The notes below the pieces were generated by a model. That model ran no database searches, had not been told where the DNA came from, and was given only the letters and a program-made list of their open reading frames with translations. Of a DNA stretch of 54,574 bases, positions 50,161 through 54,574 are shown piece by piece (the first letter of the stretch is position 1; every line of letters begins with the position of its first letter). The DNA lies in contig JAYKGY010000067.1 of NCBI GenBank assembly GCA_035285545.1, forward strand, positions 1-54,574. The letters are read 5' to 3'. The stretch comes from Snowella sp. (lineage in GTDB: Bacteria > Cyanobacteriota > Cyanobacteriia > Cyanobacteriales > Microcystaceae). Both the position numbers and the translations under genes were made by a program.

Positions 50161-52530
50161 ATGAACCTGGCTTCTCATCCCATTTCTTCAACGCTTCAAG
50201 AACAATTAACCCTTCTTCGGCATCGCCTACGGGATGGCCAACGGTGTTTAGCGGATTGGCAAGGCGGAGAAATGGCGGTTTCAGCAGTTCCGGGGGCAGG
50301 AAAATCCCATAGTTTATCGGTGGCAGCAGCGATCGCGATCGCCAACCATCAGCTACAGGCCAATCGACAGTTACTCATCGTCACCTACACCCGTTCGGCG
50401 GCAGCGGCGATTAAAGCCAAAATCAAAGCACGTTTAAAGGAATTACAACTGCCGGCTGTGGGTTTTATGGTACAAACGCTGCATGGTTTAGCCCTGAATA
50501 TTGCCAGTCGTCATCCTGAAGCTTCGGGTTTAAATCTCGATAATCAGACCCTGTTAACGCCGAATATTAACCATCGCATTCTTCGAGATGCCGTCGAACA
50601 GTGGATACGAGCTAATCCTATCACCTATCAATTACTCCTAGAAGCCCAACCCTTTGACGGAGAAGAAACAGAAAAATTGCGGCGGCAATCGGTTTTAAGA
50701 ACGGAAGTTTTGCCGAATTTAACCCATATTGTGGTAAGAGAAGCAAAAAGTTCTGGCTTATCCCCCCAGGATGTTCGTGATCTCAGTTTACTCAGCACGG
50801 ATTCCTATCCCATTTTAGCGATCGCGGCAGGTCTGTATGAGCAATACGAAAAACTGATGAAAGGGCGGAATTTGATTGATTATGACGACATGATTTTAGG
50901 CGCGTTAACGGTCTTAGAAGATCCCTATATTTGTCAGCAATGGCAACAGCAAATTTTTGGGGTTTTTGAAGATGAAGCCCAGGATTCTAGCCCCTTACAA
51001 GAACGGTTAATTGCTAAACTTGCGATTAATAGCAATCATCCTGAAAAAATCCCTAATTTAATTCGAGTCGGCGATCCCAATCAGGCAATTAATTCTACCT
51101 TTACGCCGGCCGATCCCGTTTATTTTAATTGGTTTTGTGAACGCTGTGAAAGCCTCGGCAATTTTGCCACCATGGATCAAGCAGGACGCAGTAATTCTCG
51201 GATTATGGATGCAGCGAATTTTACCTTACATTGGGTCAATCACACCTGGGAAAAACCGGAAGAATCACCTCAATTCAATCCTCAATTAAGCCCTCAGAAA
51301 AAAACATTACGGGAGAAGGTCGAAACCCCCTTTCGTTCCCAATCTATTCGTCCTGTCGATCCCACCGATCCCCAAGCCAATGCCAACCCCGAAGCCGAGG
51401 GAAAAGGATTAGAACTTTATACCCCTGAGACTATTTTTATCACGGTTGATTTAATCCGCGATCGCGTGGTTCACCTATTAACCCAAAACCCCGATCATAA
51501 CGCTGCCATTTTAGTTCGAGAGAATCGGCAAGCTCGCTTTTTAGCAGAATTATTAACCGATCCGTTGAAAGCTTATAATCTTAAAGTTTACGAAGTGGGA
51601 GAACAAGAACGCTTTTCTAAAATTCCAGAAGAAATCCTCAAATTACTGCAATTTATCGACCGCCCCCATTCCCCAGAATATTTAAAAAATGCCTTAGAAA
51701 TTTTACAGGAAAGAGGCTTGATTCCGGCTCAAGATTTAAACCTTTTAGCCACTTATCCTGAACAGTTTCTCTATCCGAGTCCCCTAGAACCGGAAGCTAA
51801 ACCGCCAGTGATTATCGCTAGAAATTACTGTAGCAATCTCCTCCGTGCCCGTATTGAATTACCCCATTATCAACTGATCATTTTTTTAGGAATGACTTTA
51901 AAATATACGGGATCTGAGCTAGCAACCCTACACAAACTTTCAGAACGAATTGAGCAACAAATTAGTTATCAAAGTTCCCTCAAAGCCACCCTAAATGCGT
52001 TGCAGGAATTAGTCACGTCAGAACGCTTTGAAGGAGTCGAAGAAGAAAGCGATGAAATGTATACGAAAGCGGGCCAATTAACGTTAATTACCATGCATAA
52101 AGCCAAGGGATTAGATTGGGATTATGTGTTTATTCCCTTCCTTCATCAAGATGTTTTGCCAGGGCAATTATGGGTTCCGGTTTCAGCAAAATTTTTAGGG
52201 GATTTTACCTTCGGGGAAGTAGCCCGCGCTCAGATTCGCACAGCTATTCATTATCGTTATATTCACGGTCAATCGATTCCTGAAATTCCTCCGGCGATCG
52301 CGGCTTGGGAAGAGGCGGAAAAACTCAAAAAAGCAGAGGAATATCGATTGTTGTATGTGGCAATGACGAGGGCTAAGCGTTTGTTATGGATGTCGGCGGC
52401 CCATAATGGCCCCTTTCGGTGGAGTACTTTTCAGCCGAATCAACGGGGAAATTTGCAGAAAAAAATGCCTTGTCCGGTTATAACAGCCTTGAAACATCAA
52501 TTCCCCCAATCTTTTGTGCAATCCAATTAA
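50161..52530 (+). CDS. UvrD/REP family ATP-dependent helicase
   Basis: AVPGAGKS, DEAQD, VGDPNQAI, TMHKAKGLDWD, RLLYVAMTRAK. Confidence 0.9.
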   Translation: MNLASHPISSTLQEQLTLLRHRLRDGQRCLADWQGGEMAVSAVPGAGKSHSLSVAAAIAIANHQLQANRQLLIVTYTRSAAAAIKAKIKARLKELQLPAVGFMVQTLHGLALNIASRHPEASGLNLDNQTLLTPNINHRILRDAVEQWIRANPITYQLLLEAQPFDGEETEKLRRQSVLRTEVLPNLTHIVVREAKSSGLSPQDVRDLSLLSTDSYPILAIAAGLYEQYEKLMKGRNLIDYDDMILGALTVLEDPYICQQWQQQIFGVFEDEAQDSSPLQERLIAKLAINSNHPEKIPNLIRVGDPNQAINSTFTPADPVYFNWFCERCESLGNFATMDQAGRSNSRIMDAANFTLHWVNHTWEKPEESPQFNPQLSPQKKTLREKVETPFRSQSIRPVDPTDPQANANPEAEGKGLELYTPETIFITVDLIRDRVVHLLTQNPDHNAAILVRENRQARFLAELLTDPLKAYNLKVYEVGEQERFSKIPEEILKLLQFIDRPHSPEYLKNALEILQERGLIPAQDLNLLATYPEQFLYPSPLEPEAKPPVIIARNYCSNLLRARIELPHYQLIIFLGMTLKYTGSELATLHKLSERIEQQISYQSSLKATLNALQELVTSERFEGVEEESDEMYTKAGQLTLITMHKAKGLDWDYVFIPFLHQDVLPGQLWVPVSAKFLGDFTFGEVARAQIRTAIHYRYIHGQSIPEIPPAIAAWEEAEKLKKAEEYRLLYVAMTRAKRLLWMSAAHNGPFRWSTFQPNQRGNLQKKMPCPVITALKHQFPQSFVQSN

Positions 52531-52617
52531 AATTTTTGCCATGCCGTAACCCGAAGTTAATAGTCAGGGGAGGCGATACCGCGTAAACTAAAAAAGACAA
52601 TTTCTGCATAGATAGTA

Positions 52618-53784
52618 ATGATCAAGCTACCCAAAAAATTCATGCTTTTAGGGGCGGGGGAACTCGGAAAAGAATTCGTAATCGCGGCTCAACGCTTAGG
52701 AAATCACGTTATTGCCGTTGATCGTTATGCCAATGCCCCGGCTATGCAAGTCGCTGATGGGAGTGAAGTCATTTCTATGCTCAGTGCCGAAGATTTGGAG
52801 CGCGTTGTCAGCAAACATCAACCGGATTACATCATTCCTGAAATCGAAGCGATTAGAACCGAAAAATTGGCGGAATTTGAACAGCGTGGCATTACGGTGA
52901 TTCCTACTGCCAAAGCAACTCACTACACGATGAACCGCGATCGCATTCGGGAACTGGCCCATCAAGAATTGGGAGTCCGCACCGCTCACTATGGCTATGC
53001 AAGCAGCTTGGCCCAAATGCAGGCCGTGTCTGAAAAAATTGGTTTTCCCAATGTGGTTAAACCCGTAATGTCGTCTTCAGGGAAAGGTCAATCGGTCGTT
53101 AAAGATGTGTCGGAGGTAGAAACCGCTTGGAACTACGCGATCGCGGGTTCTAGGGGAGACAGTCAAAAGATTATTATCGAAGAATTTATTAACTTTGAAA
53201 TTGAAATTACCCTCTTAACCGTTAAACAGTGGAATGCTCCCACGATTTTTTGTCCTCCCATTGGCCATCGTCAAGAACGCGGCGACTATCAAGAATCCTG
53301 GCAACCCGCCCAGATTAAACCCGCGCACATTTTAGAAGCCCAAAAAATTGCTAAAACCGTTACGGATGCGTTAGGGGGGGCTGGTATTTTTGGGGTTGAA
53401 TTTTTTATCACAGCCGATGAGGTCATTTTTTCAGAACTGTCACCCCGTCCCCACGATACGGGCATGGTTACCCTAATTTCGCAAAATTTGAATGAATTTG
53501 AATTGCATTTGCGGGCAGTTTTAGGATTACCCATTCCCCAAATTACGCAATTTGCACCGGCGGCCAGTGCGGTAATTTTAGCGAGTGAAAATTCTGACTC
53601 CATTCATTTTACAGGCGTTGCCGAAGCGTTAAGTGTTCCTGATGTCGATCTTCGTCTGTTTGGGAAGCCCGATTCTCGTCCCTACCGTCGGATGGGGGTG
53701 GCTTTGGCCAAGGCTGAAAACACGGATCTGGCCCGTGCGAAGGCAACTCAGGCGGCTAGTCAGATAGTCATAACAGCAGAATGA
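52618..53784 (+). CDS. purT: Formate-dependent phosphoribosylglycinamide formyltransferase
   Basis: [35 protein letters not shown]. Confidence 0.96.
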   Translation: MIKLPKKFMLLGAGELGKEFVIAAQRLGNHVIAVDRYANAPAMQVADGSEVISMLSAEDLERVVSKHQPDYIIPEIEAIRTEKLAEFEQRGITVIPTAKATHYTMNRDRIRELAHQELGVRTAHYGYASSLAQMQAVSEKIGFPNVVKPVMSSSGKGQSVVKDVSEVETAWNYAIAGSRGDSQKIIIEEFINFEIEITLLTVKQWNAPTIFCPPIGHRQERGDYQESWQPAQIKPAHILEAQKIAKTVTDALGGAGIFGVEFFITADEVIFSELSPRPHDTGMVTLISQNLNEFELHLRAVLGLPIPQITQFAPAASAVILASENSDSIHFTGVAEALSVPDVDLRLFGKPDSRPYRRMGVALAKAENTDLARAKATQAASQIVITAE

Positions 53785-53879
53785 AGAAATTTCCTGAAAA
53801 GATAAACTTTTCGTAGAATATCGGTCTTTTGATGAGCAGTTATCATAACAAATTCAATAGAAAACAGTGCATTTACCTA

Positions 53880-53928
53880 ATCCCCCTGCCTACGGCTTCC
53901 CCCCTTTGAAAGGGGGGCTAGGGGGGAT
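53880..53928. repeat. Cyanobacterial C/G-run nested palindrome
   Basis: ATCCCCCT..CCCCCCTTTGAAAGGGGGG-CTA-GGGGGGAT. Confidence 0.6.
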
Positions 53929-54155
53929 AATATTGAGAATCCTATTTGCATATAAATCAAATGAATTGGTATTACGCCATAAAATCTTGAAACTTCATTA
54001 TGTTTTGCGACTCAAACCGGCGGAATGGGAGTAGCCTATTAGTCTAGGCAAATTCAAGATTCTGAGGGGAGTCTATCGAGATTCGGTTGGTAGTTATCGG
54101 GAAAATTTATTAAAAGCGTTAAAAAATTTGGTTTTAAGCTGTTATTCTTTAATCA

Positions 54156-54452
54156 ATGCGACAGGTTCCAGCAATTTTAAAAGCCGTGATAGTTAAAAAT
54201 CCTTTAACGATTTCATCTACGCAGGCGGTGATGGCAGCCATTCTTGAAATGAGCAATTGCCGATCGCGCGATCGCTGTCAGGGAAACATTGATGCTCAAC
54301 TAGCGGAACTTTGGGCAGAAGCCCGTTCTAGCTGTGTGGTGGTTCTGGAAAATGATCAAGTGGTCGGAATTTTCACCGAAAAAGAGGTTTTAGATTTATG
54401 TGCAAAATCGCAGTCCTTAAATCAAACTTTATTACGAGACGTTATTTCCTGA
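54156..54452 (+). pseudogene. N-terminal CBS-domain fragment of a probably larger signalling protein
   Basis: KNPLTIS..ARSSCVVVLENDQVVGIFTEKE..LRDVIS stops abruptly at a putative IS end. Confidence 0.6.
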
Positions 54453-54574
54453 CTGACGGACACAAGTGTGTAAAAGTCTGACGAGACAAGGGTTGTCAAA
54501 AAAGAAAAAATCTGGGTAAGTAGGAAAAAAGTAAGAAATCCTACAAGATGAAAACCCAGAACAATATCTTCTCC
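54448..54574 (+). mobile_element. Probable IS left end, family not determined (ATG at 54548)
   Basis: Abrupt change at CCTGACTGACGGACAC supplies the TGA of the CBS ORF; short leader then ORF MKTQNNIFS running off the window. Confidence 0.4.

Larger units (their letters stand above)
1..54574. repeat. HIP1 octamer GCGATCGC dispersed through the window
   Basis: Dozens of copies, e.g. 1958, 3664, 27131, 33458; none seen between 27139 and 33457. Confidence 0.95.

Noticed and set aside
1018..53603. Many 60-120 aa ORFs antisense or out of frame within long genes
   Set aside because: Shadow ORFs of well-supported genes, with no independent motifs

Overview
Cyanobacterial chromosome window (Chroococcales/Synechocystis-like: dense HIP1 GCGATCGC, rpaB-radA, ldpA, labA, lrtA, crtO, cruE). 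Most of it is housekeeping genes, plus tRNA-Val(GAC), IS ends at both window edges and two toxin-antitoxin (TA) clusters. The most striking region is a HIP1-free island at about 28.2-33.1 kb. There an orphan PilX-like gene is followed by small TA/regulator modules, each separated by a copy of a ~130-bp repeat (stop codon, GTAG hairpin, UUCG terminator, extended -10), resembling an integron-like cassette array with no attC sites or integrase in view. The last module is an RHH gene with a complete dnaX-type -1 frameshift signal. Other notable items are an acidic tandem IF7/GifA-like microprotein, a NACHT-HEAT protein and unannotated small ORFs. All family calls come from motif recognition; no searches were run.
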